The notes under the pieces were generated by a model. That model was not told the DNA's origin. It was given only the letters and a program-made list of their open reading frames with translations, and did not search any database. DNA of 63,089 bases, the filler included, from Deltaproteobacteria bacterium (GTDB lineage Bacteria > JACQOV01): the NCBI GenBank assembly GCA_016202395.1. It is 4 parts of 4 records of this genome, joined end to end, with 100 filler letters (N's around TTAATTAATTAA, not from the genome) between each part and the next. Parts side by side here need not be neighbours in the genome. Positions count along the whole stretch, not along the records: positions 1 to 30,370 come from JACQOV010000049.1; 3 more parts are not named here. The stretch is one strand, 5' to 3'. Position 1 is the stretch's first letter. Every line of letters starts with the position of its first letter. The position numbers and the translations under genes were made by a program. This document shows positions 17,890 through 27,484 of this stretch, piece after piece.

Positions 17890-19306
17890 GAGGACTGGGT
17901 GGAGAGGGCCTAGCGGGTCCTGTCATGGGGCTTCCCCCAGGCGTGCTCCACGGTCCGCGCGCCTGGGGGGGCCCCGCCCCATGCCACCCGCTAGGGCCCT
18001 CTCCACGGTTGTATTAATATTTTTTACAGTTTGGAGTGTATCGGGGGCGGAGAAGGTGATTATTGATATTACCTCGCCAGAGATTCGGCGATGGAATGTT
18101 GCGCTGCTCGATCTCGATCTGTTGAGTCCTGATTCTCCTCACGCATGGGCCAGTGCCGTTCCGAAGGTGATCTCCAAGGATCTGGAGATGTCGGGGCTCT
18201 TTGAGGTCCTCAACCCTCAAGCTTTTTTGGCGGGGAGGCCGGAGGATTTTTCCAAAGAGGACTGGCTTCATTATCGCGATTGGTCGTTGATTGGCGCGGA
18301 TGGTTTGGTGGTGGGGAGCTATCAACGAAATGAAGAAGGGGAATTTGGGATTGAGCTTCGCCTCTACGACATTGCTCAAGCCCGCATGACCGTGGGGAAA
18401 CGGTACACCGGAAAACCGGAGCACCTCCGAGCGATTGCTCATCGCTTTGCCAACGAGATCCTTGCCGCTTTCACGGGGGAGGCGGGGCCTTTTGGGAGCC
18501 AGATCGCCTACGTTTCGGACCAAACCGGGAACAAAGAGATCTACCGGATGGAGATGGATGGGACTGAGATAGTGGCGGTGACTCAAAATAAGGCGATCAA
18601 TCTCTCTCCTCGATGGTCCTCCACAGGGATGCGAATCCTCTACACCACGTATCGTTATGGGGATCCCGATCTTTTGATCCATGATCTCATTCATGGAGAG
18701 GATATCAAATTTGTGGTGGAACCCGGATTACAAATGGGAGGGGAGTTTTCTCCCGATGGGAAATGGGTTGTCTATTCTTTGACCCAGAAGGGAAATTCTG
18801 ATATCTACGTGATGGATTTCTCCAACAAGAAGTCGCGGCGGCTCACCTCCGATTGGGCACTCGATGTTTCTCCTCGTTGGTCTCCCGATGGAGATCAGAT
18901 CATTTTTGTCAGTGATCGAGCGGGATCGCCGCAGCTCTACATCATGGATGTGAGAAGGGGGGAGGCCCGGCGGATCACTTTTCAAGGGAATTACAATGCT
19001 TCGCCGGTGTGGTCCCCTCGAGGGGATCGAATCGCGTACGCGAGCCTGGAGGGGAATCGATTCCAGATTTATACGATCGACACCTTGGGGAAGGATCTCA
19101 AACGATTGACGCAAACCGATTCGAATGAAGAGAGCCCTTCGTGGTCGCCCGATGGAAGGTATCTCATTTTTTCTTCAAATCGAGAGGGGAATTACGATCT
19201 TTACATCATGAATGCCAGTGGTTCTAATTTACAACGGTTAACGCGCACTCGCGCCAATGAGACGGCTCCGGACTGGTCGGGGCGGTTGTGGCAAACACAA
19301 GAATGA
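17873..19306 (+). CDS. tolB: TolB (carries a 36-aa palindromic insert in the N-terminus)
   Basis: AHRFANEI...GEAGPFGSQIAY and PD40 SPxWSPDG repeats. Start is either GTG 17873 or ATG 17981 inside the element. Confidence 0.9.
   Translation: MQKITRRTGWRGPSGSCHGASPRRAPRSARLGGPRPMPPARALSTVVLIFFTVWSVSGAEKVIIDITSPEIRRWNVALLDLDLLSPDSPHAWASAVPKVISKDLEMSGLFEVLNPQAFLAGRPEDFSKEDWLHYRDWSLIGADGLVVGSYQRNEEGEFGIELRLYDIAQARMTVGKRYTGKPEHLRAIAHRFANEILAAFTGEAGPFGSQIAYVSDQTGNKEIYRMEMDGTEIVAVTQNKAINLSPRWSSTGMRILYTTYRYGDPDLLIHDLIHGEDIKFVVEPGLQMGGEFSPDGKWVVYSLTQKGNSDIYVMDFSNKKSRRLTSDWALDVSPRWSPDGDQIIFVSDRAGSPQLYIMDVRRGEARRITFQGNYNASPVWSPRGDRIAYASLEGNRFQIYTIDTLGKDLKRLTQTDSNEESPSWSPDGRYLIFSSNREGNYDLYIMNASGSNLQRLTRTRANETAPDWSGRLWQTQE
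17899..18006. mobile_element. 108-bp GC-rich palindromic element in frame in the tolB 5' end
   Basis: GTGGAGAGGGCC-TAGCGGGT...ACCCGCTA-GGGCCCTCTCCAC, with nested CATGGGGC/GCCCCATG and CCCCCAGGCG/CGCCTGGGGG stems. Confidence 0.85.
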
Positions 19307-19315
19307 GGAGAAGAT

Positions 19316-20023
19316 ATGAAAAAGTTTATTAAATTTGTTTTACTATTGGGAGTGACTTCTTGTGGGACGCTTACCGGGGTGACCCCGGTGCGAGAGGATC
19401 TGGCTCGTCTCCAACAGAGGGTTGACAAACTCTCCGGTGAGGTGGTTGGAGATGAAGGGTCGGTTCGAGACACATTGGCCAACTTGGAATTAGAGGTCTC
19501 GGAGATTCGTGTGGAGCTTCAGCGTTTGCAAGGGCTCATCGAGGAGAGGGGCTTTTATCAAGAGAACCAACTCCTCGATATCCAGACCCGTTTGAATGTG
19601 GTTGAAGAAAAAGTTCTTGGGATGAAGCATTCAGCGCCGACGGTGAGTTGGAAAAATGAAGAGGAGGCTTATCAGGACGCGACGTCTTCCTACAAGGGAG
19701 GAAACTACTCTCAATCGATGCTAAAATTTGAGCGATTGCTTCAACAGTTTCCCGATACAAAATACAAAGACAGCGCTTTCTATTGGATTGGGGAGTGTCA
19801 CTATGCTTTGGGGGAATACGATCGCGCCATCCTCAAGTTTGATGAAGTGAGCCGCAATTTTTCTGAGAGCCCCAAAGCGCCTGCCGCTCTTTTGCGCACG
19901 GGGCAGGCCTTTTTGCTTTTGGGTAAAAAAGAAGATGCCCGCCTCTTTTTCCAAGAAGTGGTTCGTAAATTCCCCGACTCCGAGCAAGCCAAAGTCGCGG
20001 AAGAGAAACTCAAAGACCTGTAA
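19316..20023 (+). CDS. cpoB: CpoB/YbgF tol-pal TPR protein (lipoprotein signal)
   Basis: GVTSC lipobox, coiled coil, TPR with AFYWIGECHY and SPKAPAALLR. Confidence 0.85.
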   Translation: MKKFIKFVLLLGVTSCGTLTGVTPVREDLARLQQRVDKLSGEVVGDEGSVRDTLANLELEVSEIRVELQRLQGLIEERGFYQENQLLDIQTRLNVVEEKVLGMKHSAPTVSWKNEEEAYQDATSSYKGGNYSQSMLKFERLLQQFPDTKYKDSAFYWIGECHYALGEYDRAILKFDEVSRNFSESPKAPAALLRTGQAFLLLGKKEDARLFFQEVVRKFPDSEQAKVAEEKLKDL

Positions 20024-20115
20024 ATTCCCCCTCTTAGAATAAGAGGGGGTTAGGGGGAGTTAGAAACTCATGAGTAACCCCTCCTGACCTCCCCTTACAT
20101 TAAGGGGAGGAATTT
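20022..20115. repeat. REP-like doublet (CCCCCTCTTA/TAAGAGGGGG family)
   Basis: AAATTCCCCCTCTTA-GAA-TAAGAGGGGG...CCTCCCCTTA-CAT-TAAGGGGAGGAATTT: two hairpins in inverted arrangement. Confidence 0.8.
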
Positions 20116-21139
20116 GGACTTGAAAATCCTGGGTATCGAGACCTCTTGCGATGAAACCTCGGCCGCCGTGGTGGAGGACGGGAAAAAGATTTTATCCAAT
20201 GTGATTGCTTCGCAAGTGGAAATCCACAATCCATTTGGTGGCATTGTGCCAGAGCTAGCTTGCCGCGCTCACGTAAAAAACCTTCTTCCCGTCGTCCAGG
20301 AGGCTTTAGATCAGGCTGCCATCGATTTAACCGATGTAGAGGGGATTGCCGTCACGGCGGGCCCTGGCTTGGCAGGAGCCCTTTTGATGGGGCTCACCTT
20401 CGCAAAATCGCTCGCTTATTCCTTAAGTGTCCCTTTTACTGGGGTGGATCATCTCGAAGCCCATTTGATGTCGGCATTTTTGGAGCATCCGGAGATCCCT
20501 TTTCCTTTCCTAGGATTAGTTGTTTCTGGAGGTCACACCAATCTCTATTTTGTTCGAGGGGTTGGCGAATATGAACTTTTGGGAAAAACTTTAGACGACG
20601 CCGCTGGGGAGGCCTTCGACAAAGGGGCCAAAGCGATGGGGCTCCGTTATCCCGGAGGGCCTCTTATCGATAAACTCTCTCAAACGGGAAACCGGAAAGC
20701 GTTCCGTTTCCCGCGGGGCCTCTCCAATCAAGAGGGGTATCATTTTAGTTTTAGTGGCCTCAAGACGGCTCTAAATCAATGTGTTTCCCGTTTCCCTCAA
20801 GCCGATCTGCAACCTGCTTTGCCGGACATCGCGGCGAGTTTTCAAGAATCGATTGTGGAGGCCCTGACCCTCAAACTTTGGAGGGCTTGGGAGGCGTTCT
20901 TCGCAGAGGCTGTGGTGGTTGCCGGAGGGGTCGCTTGCAATCGTCGGCTTCGGGAAGAGGTGAGCCGAGGAGCCATGGAGCGGAACATTGCCGTTTTCTT
21001 TCCGTCTCCATCCCTTTGTAGCGATAATGCGGCGATGATTGCCGCTCTCGGTTATCATTCTTTGGTTCGAGGGGAGAGATCTCCGTTGAGTCTTAATCCT
21101 TACGCCACGATGGTTCACAAGATCCATGCCCCGTCCTAA
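20114..21139 (+). CDS. tsaD: tRNA t6A37 threonylcarbamoyltransferase
   Basis: ILGIETSCDETS, HLEAH, VSGGHT, DDAAGEAFDK, DNAAMIA. Confidence 0.96.
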   Translation: MDLKILGIETSCDETSAAVVEDGKKILSNVIASQVEIHNPFGGIVPELACRAHVKNLLPVVQEALDQAAIDLTDVEGIAVTAGPGLAGALLMGLTFAKSLAYSLSVPFTGVDHLEAHLMSAFLEHPEIPFPFLGLVVSGGHTNLYFVRGVGEYELLGKTLDDAAGEAFDKGAKAMGLRYPGGPLIDKLSQTGNRKAFRFPRGLSNQEGYHFSFSGLKTALNQCVSRFPQADLQPALPDIAASFQESIVEALTLKLWRAWEAFFAEAVVVAGGVACNRRLREEVSRGAMERNIAVFFPSPSLCSDNAAMIAALGYHSLVRGERSPLSLNPYATMVHKIHAPS

Positions 21140-21914
21140 AAAACATCTCGGACAGAATTTTCTCAACTCGGCTCCGCTTGCAGAGCGGATTGTAGAATGG
21201 GCCCAAGTAGGCCCCAAGGATGTCGTCATCGAAATCGGCGGGGGAGAGGGGATTCTTACAGAGGCTTTGTCGAAGAAAGCCCGTCGCGTTGTTGCGATCG
21301 AGGTTGATCCACAACTTTGCCAAGGTTTGAGAAAGCGTTTTGAGTCTCGGCCTCAAGTGGACATTTACGAAGCCGATGTTTTAAGCCTCCCATTTTCAGA
21401 GCTCGTCCAGGCCGGAGAGATTCCCTACAGGGTTGTGGCGAACATTCCATATTCGATCACCTCTCCAATCTTATTTCATTTGCTTCGTCAATGGGGAGAG
21501 ATCCGGAGCGCTACCTTAATGGTTCAAAAAGAGGTCGCCGATCGTCTTCGGGCTAAACCTAAAAGCAAAGAATACGGGATTCTCTCGGTTTGGACCCAGC
21601 TTCATGCGAACATTAAACTTTGTGCTCGAATCGGAAAATGGAATTTTAATCCTCCCCCGAAAGTGGACTCTGCAATTCTCCATTTAGAGCCGACACAAAA
21701 ATATCTTTCAGATGAGGAATGGCAGCGATGGGATCGAATTTTGCGAGCCGCCTTCGGCCAGCGCCGCAAAACTTTAGGGAATGCCCTCAAAGGGTTAGGC
21801 CTTGCAAAATCAGCATTGGAGGCCCTTTTTAAGAAAACAGGGATCGATCCTCAACGTCGCGCCGAAACCTTGAGCCTCGACGACTTCTCCCGCATCGTCC
21901 AGGCCTTGTCTTAA
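21126..21914 (+). CDS. rsmA: 16S rRNA m6,2A dimethyltransferase
   Basis: LGQNFL, EIGGGEG, ANIPYSIT, MVQKEVA, PPPKVDS. Confidence 0.95.
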   Translation: MPRPKKHLGQNFLNSAPLAERIVEWAQVGPKDVVIEIGGGEGILTEALSKKARRVVAIEVDPQLCQGLRKRFESRPQVDIYEADVLSLPFSELVQAGEIPYRVVANIPYSITSPILFHLLRQWGEIRSATLMVQKEVADRLRAKPKSKEYGILSVWTQLHANIKLCARIGKWNFNPPPKVDSAILHLEPTQKYLSDEEWQRWDRILRAAFGQRRKTLGNALKGLGLAKSALEALFKKTGIDPQRRAETLSLDDFSRIVQALS

Positions 21915-22330
21915 TCTTTAAAATATTTAACCTGGGGAAAGGGGCCTGTAACTTTCTCGAAAAACCGTCGATCACAGGTGTAATACTCTGTCTCTTTCAT
22001 CTGAGCTAACGCAAGGTAGGCGCAGTCATAGATCGTCGATTCTTGGAAGGCCTGAGCCAAGGCAACGGCTTTTTCCAATAGATCGGGCTCAAAAAATAAT
22101 TGGATGGGAATCCTGCGGTAAAAAGCCAGCGTCGGGGTCATCCGATGAGGAGCAAGCAAGCCTCGCTGGACCTTTTTGCAGAGAACAGAACCCACTTCAT
22201 AATCCAAAAGAGTGGGGGCGATAAGAATTTCCTTCTGGCGTTGCCAATGTTTATAGAGTTTAAGAGCAGAGTCGCTATCCTCTTCAGGGGTGATCCATTT
22301 GAGTATGAGAGAGGCATCCACGCAAATCAT
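21911..22330 (-). CDS. VapC/PIN toxin
   Basis: MICVDAS, APTLLDYEV, TIYDCAYLALA, TCD. Confidence 0.88.
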   Translation of the reverse strand: MICVDASLILKWITPEEDSDSALKLYKHWQRQKEILIAPTLLDYEVGSVLCKKVQRGLLAPHRMTPTLAFYRRIPIQLFFEPDLLEKAVALAQAFQESTIYDCAYLALAQMKETEYYTCDRRFFEKVTGPFPQVKYFKD

Positions 22331-22343
22331 AATGGAAGGATTA

Positions 22344-22634
22344 CTACCTTTCTCTCCGAAGCTCTTGAAGGAGTTCAACGCTGTCTCCGGTGGAAGCCAC
22401 TCCTTGCTCTTCGAGGATAGAGTGATGAAACTTCAGTAGATCCTGCAAAAGACGATCGCCAAGCCCTGAGAACTCCCCCCCTAATTTCTCGCGGTAGGTG
22501 GTAATATCAATGATGGCAGCGATCGGTTCCCCCCTCTTTTCTATAATCAGGGGCTTATGAGATTTTTGAATCTCCTCCAGGAGTCGGTTTAGCTGATTTT
22601 TGGCTTGAGCGGTATTGACTTGTCTCCACTTCAT
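22344..22634 (-). CDS. Phd/YefM antitoxin
   Basis: VNTAQAKNQLNRLL...IIEKRGEPIAAII. Confidence 0.88.
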   Translation of the reverse strand: MKWRQVNTAQAKNQLNRLLEEIQKSHKPLIIEKRGEPIAAIIDITTYREKLGGEFSGLGDRLLQDLLKFHHSILEEQGVASTGDSVELLQELRRER

Positions 22635-22670
22635 GGTAGCTATAATAGCTATTTCATATAGCTATGTCAA
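22635..22670 (-). promoter_or_regulatory. Leaderless-type sigma70 promoter with TAGCTA operator repeats
   Basis: Minus strand TTGACA-17-TATTAT-7nt-ATG, no SD; three TAGCTA palindromes. Confidence 0.7.
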
Positions 22671-22724
22671 GGGAAGTGAAAAGTGATTGCGCTCCGGCAG
22701 AGGTTTCGGTATAGTGCCATTCCG

Positions 22725-23198
22725 ATGAGAAAAAGAGATTTTATTCCTTTTCTTGTGTTGTGGCTAGGTTTGGTAGGATGCGCTCATGGGCCGGAGCCGG
22801 TGGATTCCGCTTCTCTTTCAGAAGAGGGGAGAGGGGTTGCTGAGAACGCAGCCACCTTTTACCAACTCCTGATGCAGAAGGATATTGCCAGTCGCCACAC
22901 CCGTCCGGATCTAGAGCCTTTCTTCGAGAGCCCCTCCGACACCTCGTTGTACATTGCCGATCTTCTGTGGCAGATGCGGGAGAAGAGGCTTCAGAATCGG
23001 CGTATCCTCGATTATCGCGTCACGGAAGTGGAATTCTTCTCGGAGGGGAAAGAGGCGGAAACGATTGTTGCCCTTCGAGGGCGTTACTACGTCTTTACCT
23101 GGAGGACTTTTTGGCGGAAAGATCGATGGATTCGCACAGGGGATCGTTGGTTTTTGAAGCCGTATCCGCAGATTGGGCGATCGATCGTAGAACCTTAA
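22725..23198 (+). CDS. Hypothetical lipoprotein
   Basis: MRKRDF...LVGC lipobox; -35/-10 just upstream. Confidence 0.7.
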   Translation: MRKRDFIPFLVLWLGLVGCAHGPEPVDSASLSEEGRGVAENAATFYQLLMQKDIASRHTRPDLEPFFESPSDTSLYIADLLWQMREKRLQNRRILDYRVTEVEFFSEGKEAETIVALRGRYYVFTWRTFWRKDRWIRTGDRWFLKPYPQIGRSIVEP

Positions 23199-23232
23199 AA
23201 GCTTGATCTTTAGCGCTGATTTTGTTAGCTTT

Positions 23233-23880
23233 ATGCACTCTGGATTTCCTCGATATATTGCGATTGAGGGGCCGATCGGGGTTGGAAAGACAAGCTTGGC
23301 AGAGCTCCTCGCGGAGCCATTGAATGCTCGGTTGCTGTTGGAAGAGGCGTATCGGAATCCATTTCTAGAGCAGTTCTACGATAATCGAACTCGGTACGCG
23401 TTCCAGACTCAGATATTCTTCTTGCTCAGTCGGTTTCAGCAGCAGAAAGAGCTCTTGCAGCCGGATCTGTTTCAGAGTGGTGTTGTTAGCGATTATCTTT
23501 TCTCGAAGGATCGAATTTTTGCTTGTCTCAATCTTGATGAGAACGAACTCGCGCTCTATGATCGGTTGTACAAGCTCCTCGATCCACAGACGGCGCGGCC
23601 GGATTTAGTCATCTATTTGCAAGCGAGCTCCGAGGTCCTTTGGGATCGGATTCGGCGACGCGGGATGGAGTTTGAGAATGGGATCTCGTTAGAGTATCTG
23701 GAGAGATTGATTGAGCTGTACCATCAGTTCTTTTTTCGGTATGAGGAGACGCCCCTTTTAGTGGTGAATACCTCCGAGATCGATTTTGTAAACGATCCTG
23801 AGGATTTAACCCAGTTGGTCAAAAAAATAACGAGCGTTAAGCACGGGACGCAACATTACATACCGCTTGGATCACGATAG
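23233..23880 (+). CDS. Deoxynucleoside kinase
   Basis: YIAIEGPIGVGKTS P-loop, NPFLEQFY, QIFFLLSR, PDLVIYL. Confidence 0.92.
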   Translation: MHSGFPRYIAIEGPIGVGKTSLAELLAEPLNARLLLEEAYRNPFLEQFYDNRTRYAFQTQIFFLLSRFQQQKELLQPDLFQSGVVSDYLFSKDRIFACLNLDENELALYDRLYKLLDPQTARPDLVIYLQASSEVLWDRIRRRGMEFENGISLEYLERLIELYHQFFFRYEETPLLVVNTSEIDFVNDPEDLTQLVKKITSVKHGTQHYIPLGSR

Positions 23881-23884
23881 TTTC

Positions 23885-23925
23885 GGACCGAGACGGAAGA
23901 TTTGAATAAAGGCAGCCTTGTGTCT
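23885..23925 (+). ncRNA. pan RNA motif-like cis-regulatory leader
   Basis: CCGAGACGG and AAGGCAGCCTT hairpins directly upstream of panBCD, followed by a terminator; this matches the layout known for the pan motif. Confidence 0.7.
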
Positions 23926-23931
23926 TTTCTC

Positions 23932-23971
23932 AAAACCTCTCGGATTTAGGTCCGAGAGGTTTTTTTATTTT
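23932..23971 (+). terminator. Intrinsic terminator/attenuator before panB
   Basis: AAAACCTCTCGGA-TTTAGG-TCCGAGAGGTTTT followed by a T-run. Confidence 0.85.
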
Positions 23972-23986
23972 AAACGGGGGTGAAAG

Positions 23987-24790
23987 ATGGCGCCGAGGGT
24001 TCGCACCACAGATCTAAAAAAGATGAAAGAGCGGGGCGAAAAGATCGTCATGCTCACCGCCTACGACTATCCCTTTGCCAAAATTCTCGATGAGGCAGGA
24101 GTCGATGTGTTGTTGATCGGGGATTCCGTTGGGATGGTTTTTTCGGGCTATGAAAACACTCTGCCTGTTACGGTGGAGGAGATGATTTATCACACGCGGG
24201 CCGTGGTGCGAGGGCGCAAAAGGGCCCTTATTGTGACCGACATGCCCTTCATGAGTTATCAAGGCTCTATTGAAGAAGCCCGACGAAATGCGGGAAGAAT
24301 ATTAAAAGAAGGTGGGAGTGATGCGGTGAAACTGGAAGGGGGAGCGCCGATGGCTGAAACGATTCAGAGTTTAGTTTCGATCGGGATTCCTGTCATGGGG
24401 CATGTGGGACTAACCCCCCAGTCGATCCACCAGATGGGGGGATACAAGGTTCAAGGGAAAAACCGCTCTCAAAGAGAGCGATTGTTAGGAGATGCTAAAG
24501 CGGTGGAAGAGGCTGGAGCTTTTGCATTGGTTTTGGAGGGGATTCCTGCCGATCTGGCAACGCAAGTGACAAAATCGATCTCCATTCCGACGATTGGGAT
24601 CGGCGCGGGGGTTCATTGTGAGGGTCAGGTTTTGGTGATTCACGACCTTGCGGGTCTTTTGGGGGATTTTCAGCCGACGTTTGTGAAACGTTATTGCGAC
24701 GGACGGGCGCTCATCTCCAAAGCGGTTCAGGAGTATGTTCAGGAGGTTCGAGGCGGGAAGTTCCCAACGGAGAGGCATTCGTATTCATGA
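23987..24790 (+). CDS. panB: 3-methyl-2-oxobutanoate hydroxymethyltransferase
   Basis: MLTAYD, LIGDS, DMPFMSY, VKLEGG, GHVGLTPQ. Confidence 0.97.
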   Translation: MAPRVRTTDLKKMKERGEKIVMLTAYDYPFAKILDEAGVDVLLIGDSVGMVFSGYENTLPVTVEEMIYHTRAVVRGRKRALIVTDMPFMSYQGSIEEARRNAGRILKEGGSDAVKLEGGAPMAETIQSLVSIGIPVMGHVGLTPQSIHQMGGYKVQGKNRSQRERLLGDAKAVEEAGAFALVLEGIPADLATQVTKSISIPTIGIGAGVHCEGQVLVIHDLAGLLGDFQPTFVKRYCDGRALISKAVQEYVQEVRGGKFPTERHSYS

Positions 24791-25629
24791 AGGTGGTTCG
24801 AGACATAGCAATCATGCAGAAAGGGGCTGAGCAAATCCGTAGGGAGGGGAAGCGGATCGCTTTTGTTCCAACGATGGGATATCTCCACGATGGACATCGC
24901 GCCCTGCTTCGAGAGGGGAGAAAAAAAGGGGATCTTTTAATTTTAAGTATCTTTGTGAACCCCATCCAATTTGGTCCCTCAGAAGATTTGGAACGTTATC
25001 CGCGGGATTGGGATCGGGACTGCGCGATCGCAAGGGAAGAGGGGATCGACCTCCTTTTTGCGCCCGAAGCCTCCTCGATGTATCCCGCTCATTTCCAGAC
25101 GACCGTTCACGTGGAACAGGTGACGCAAGGGCTCTGCGGAGCCTCCCGCCCCGGGCATTTTGATGGAGTGTCCACCGTCGTGGCAAAACTCTTTAACATT
25201 GTAAAACCTCACGTCGCTTTGTTTGGAGAAAAAGATTATCAACAATTGGCGACCCTGCGCCGAATGGTCGAAGATCTCAATTTTGACACCGAGATTGTAG
25301 GGGTTCCAACCGTGCGCGAATCGGATGGTTTAGCGATGAGCTCTCGCAATGTTTATCTTTCTTCCGATGAGCGAAAGGTTGCCACAGTGCTTCACCGCTC
25401 GCTTGAAGAAGGATTGAAACAATATCGATCTGGCCAGCGGGAGGTTCCCAAGCTTCTCCATGCGATTCAGAAGGGGATTTGCGAGGAACCGAAGATTCAG
25501 ATCGATTACCTTGAGATTCGGGATGCCGAAAGTTTGGAGCCGATCTCCATGATTGAGCGGAAGGCCGTTGCGGCCGTTGCTGCAAGGATTGGGAAAACGC
25601 GTTTGATTGACAATATTTTGATTTTCTAG
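24787..25629 (+). CDS. panC: Pantoate--beta-alanine ligase
   Basis: [42 protein letters not shown]. Confidence 0.97.
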   Translation: MKVVRDIAIMQKGAEQIRREGKRIAFVPTMGYLHDGHRALLREGRKKGDLLILSIFVNPIQFGPSEDLERYPRDWDRDCAIAREEGIDLLFAPEASSMYPAHFQTTVHVEQVTQGLCGASRPGHFDGVSTVVAKLFNIVKPHVALFGEKDYQQLATLRRMVEDLNFDTEIVGVPTVRESDGLAMSSRNVYLSSDERKVATVLHRSLEEGLKQYRSGQREVPKLLHAIQKGICEEPKIQIDYLEIRDAESLEPISMIERKAVAAVAARIGKTRLIDNILIF

Positions 25630-25645
25630 CAAGAGGAGGTGCATC

Positions 25646-26017
25646 ATGCAACGAACCATGCTAAAATCCAAAATCCATCGAGCCACTGTTACGGACGCTA
25701 ATGTCGATTATGAAGGGAGCGTCTCCATCGATCGGCTCTTGATGGAGGCGGCCGATCTCAGGCCGTTTGAGCAGGTGCAGATCTACAATGTGACCAATGG
25801 GGAGAGGCTCACAACCTATGTCATTGAGGCAGCGCGAGGGTCCGGTGAGATCTGCGTTAACGGAGCGGCGGCGCGGCGTGTGAGCCGTGGCGACATCGTC
25901 ATTATCGCTTCGTATATTGGATTAGAGGAAGCGGAAGCGGAGTTTCATCAGCCTAAACTTGTTTACGTCGATCGGCAAAATCAAATGCTTGAAACCAGCG
26001 AAACCATCAGGGTCTAA
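25646..26017 (+). CDS. panD: Aspartate 1-decarboxylase
   Basis: [14 protein letters not shown] cleavage site, NGAAAR. Confidence 0.97.
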   Translation: MQRTMLKSKIHRATVTDANVDYEGSVSIDRLLMEAADLRPFEQVQIYNVTNGERLTTYVIEAARGSGEICVNGAAARRVSRGDIVIIASYIGLEEAEAEFHQPKLVYVDRQNQMLETSETIRV

Positions 26018-26019
26018 AT

Positions 26020-26649
26020 GTGAAGGATATTCGTCACAGACTTCAGCGTTATTTTATCGCGGGCATCCTTGTGATTGTGCCGATTGCCATCAGTGTATGG
26101 GTCTTGCTGGGTTTGCTCAACTGGATGGATGGCTTTTTGGGGAGGATCCCGGACACCTTTCTTCCTGTTCATATCCCTGGATTAGGGATCATTCTCCTGA
26201 TTCTATTGATTTTATCGGCGGGAGCGCTCACAACAAACCTCTTGGGGAAAAGGATCCTCCATGCGTGGGAACGGATTCTCTCTCGGATCCCTCTCATCCG
26301 CGCCATCTATAGCGGAACGAAACAGGTGTTAGAGGCCCTTGTAAAAAATAAAGGGGATCAGTTCCGTCGCGTTGTTCTCTTTGAATATCCTCGGAAGGGG
26401 CTCTGGTCGATTGGATTTGTGACAGGAACATTGATTGACAAAGGGCCGGCGAACCCTGTGGGGAAAAGGCTTGTGGCCGTGTTGTATCCCACCACGCCGA
26501 ATCCGACCACCGGTTTTTTTATGCTTGTTCCCGAGGAGGAACTGATCCCTTTAGATGTGAGCGTGGAGGAGGCCTTCAAGATGGTCATCTCCGCAGGGAT
26601 GATTACTCCAGAGCGTTTTTCAAGCCAATCCAAACTCCCTCTTCCTTGA
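26020..26649 (+). CDS. DUF502 membrane protein
   Basis: EYPRKG, PTTPNPTTGF motifs. Confidence 0.9.
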   Translation: MKDIRHRLQRYFIAGILVIVPIAISVWVLLGLLNWMDGFLGRIPDTFLPVHIPGLGIILLILLILSAGALTTNLLGKRILHAWERILSRIPLIRAIYSGTKQVLEALVKNKGDQFRRVVLFEYPRKGLWSIGFVTGTLIDKGPANPVGKRLVAVLYPTTPNPTTGFFMLVPEEELIPLDVSVEEAFKMVISAGMITPERFSSQSKLPLP

Positions 26650-26682
26650 ATCTAGGGCATTTTAACGTTAAACTCGCACTCT

Positions 26683-27132
26683 ATGTCTGAAGCGATCGTG
26701 AACCGGAAGGCCTGGCACGACTATCATATTGAGGAGACCGTGGAGGCTGGGATTGTTTTAGAAGGGAGTGAGGTCAAATCGCTTCGAGCGGGGAGATCTC
26801 AGCTCAAGGATGGTTTTGCCCGCGTTCACGGAGGTGAGATTTATTTGCACAATATTCATATCAGCCCTTACGCTCCAGCCGGAGGGGGAGGGCATGATCC
26901 CAATCGAACACGGAAGTTGCTATTGCATCGACGAGAGATTGAACGCCTGGATGGAAAACAACGGCGGCAAGGCTATACCTTGATCCCCTTGCGACTCTAT
27001 TTTAATCGCCAAGGATTTGCTAAAATAGAGATCGGGCTTGCGAAAGGGAAAGCAGAGCATGATAAGCGAGATACCCTTCGTCGCCGCGAAGCCAACCGCG
27101 AAATGGCAAGGGCAATAAAGAAGCGTGTTTAA
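26683..27132 (+). CDS. smpB: SsrA-binding protein
   Basis: NRKAWHDY, EAGIVLEGSEVKSLR, RKLLLH, DKR. Confidence 0.97.
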   Translation: MSEAIVNRKAWHDYHIEETVEAGIVLEGSEVKSLRAGRSQLKDGFARVHGGEIYLHNIHISPYAPAGGGGHDPNRTRKLLLHRREIERLDGKQRRQGYTLIPLRLYFNRQGFAKIEIGLAKGKAEHDKRDTLRRREANREMARAIKKRV

Positions 27133-27140
27133 GTTTGAAA

Positions 27141-27484
27141 GGGGGCGAATAGGATCGACGGGAATCGTAGGTAAGAGCCGCAGGTCGAGGTTCCGTTTCC
27201 TCGTTAAACCGACGGAAAACCAAACGAAACGCCGACAATCAGATGGCGCTGGCTGCCTAATTAAGCAGCTCGTCCTTTCCGCAGACTCCGCTAAGCGGAA
27301 AAGGGCGTCGAACAGCGGATAGTTGAAACTTCGCGCCTCAAGAAGCTTCAGCGAAACCACTGTGGGGCTAGCATTCAGGGATTCCTCCTGGTGGGATACC
27401 TGGATGTGAAGTTTAATACCAGGCAAGCCTGTAGACGCTTTTATTGAAAATTCTCGGACGGGGGTGCGATTCCCCCCGCCTCCA
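27141..27484 (+). ncRNA. ssrA: tmRNA; tag (A)ADNQMALAA at 27231-27260
   Basis: 5' GGGGGCG pairs with 3' CGCCTCC-A; GGATCGAC 5' motif; T-arm GGGGGTGCGATTCCCCC; follows smpB; CCA not encoded. Confidence 0.95.
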
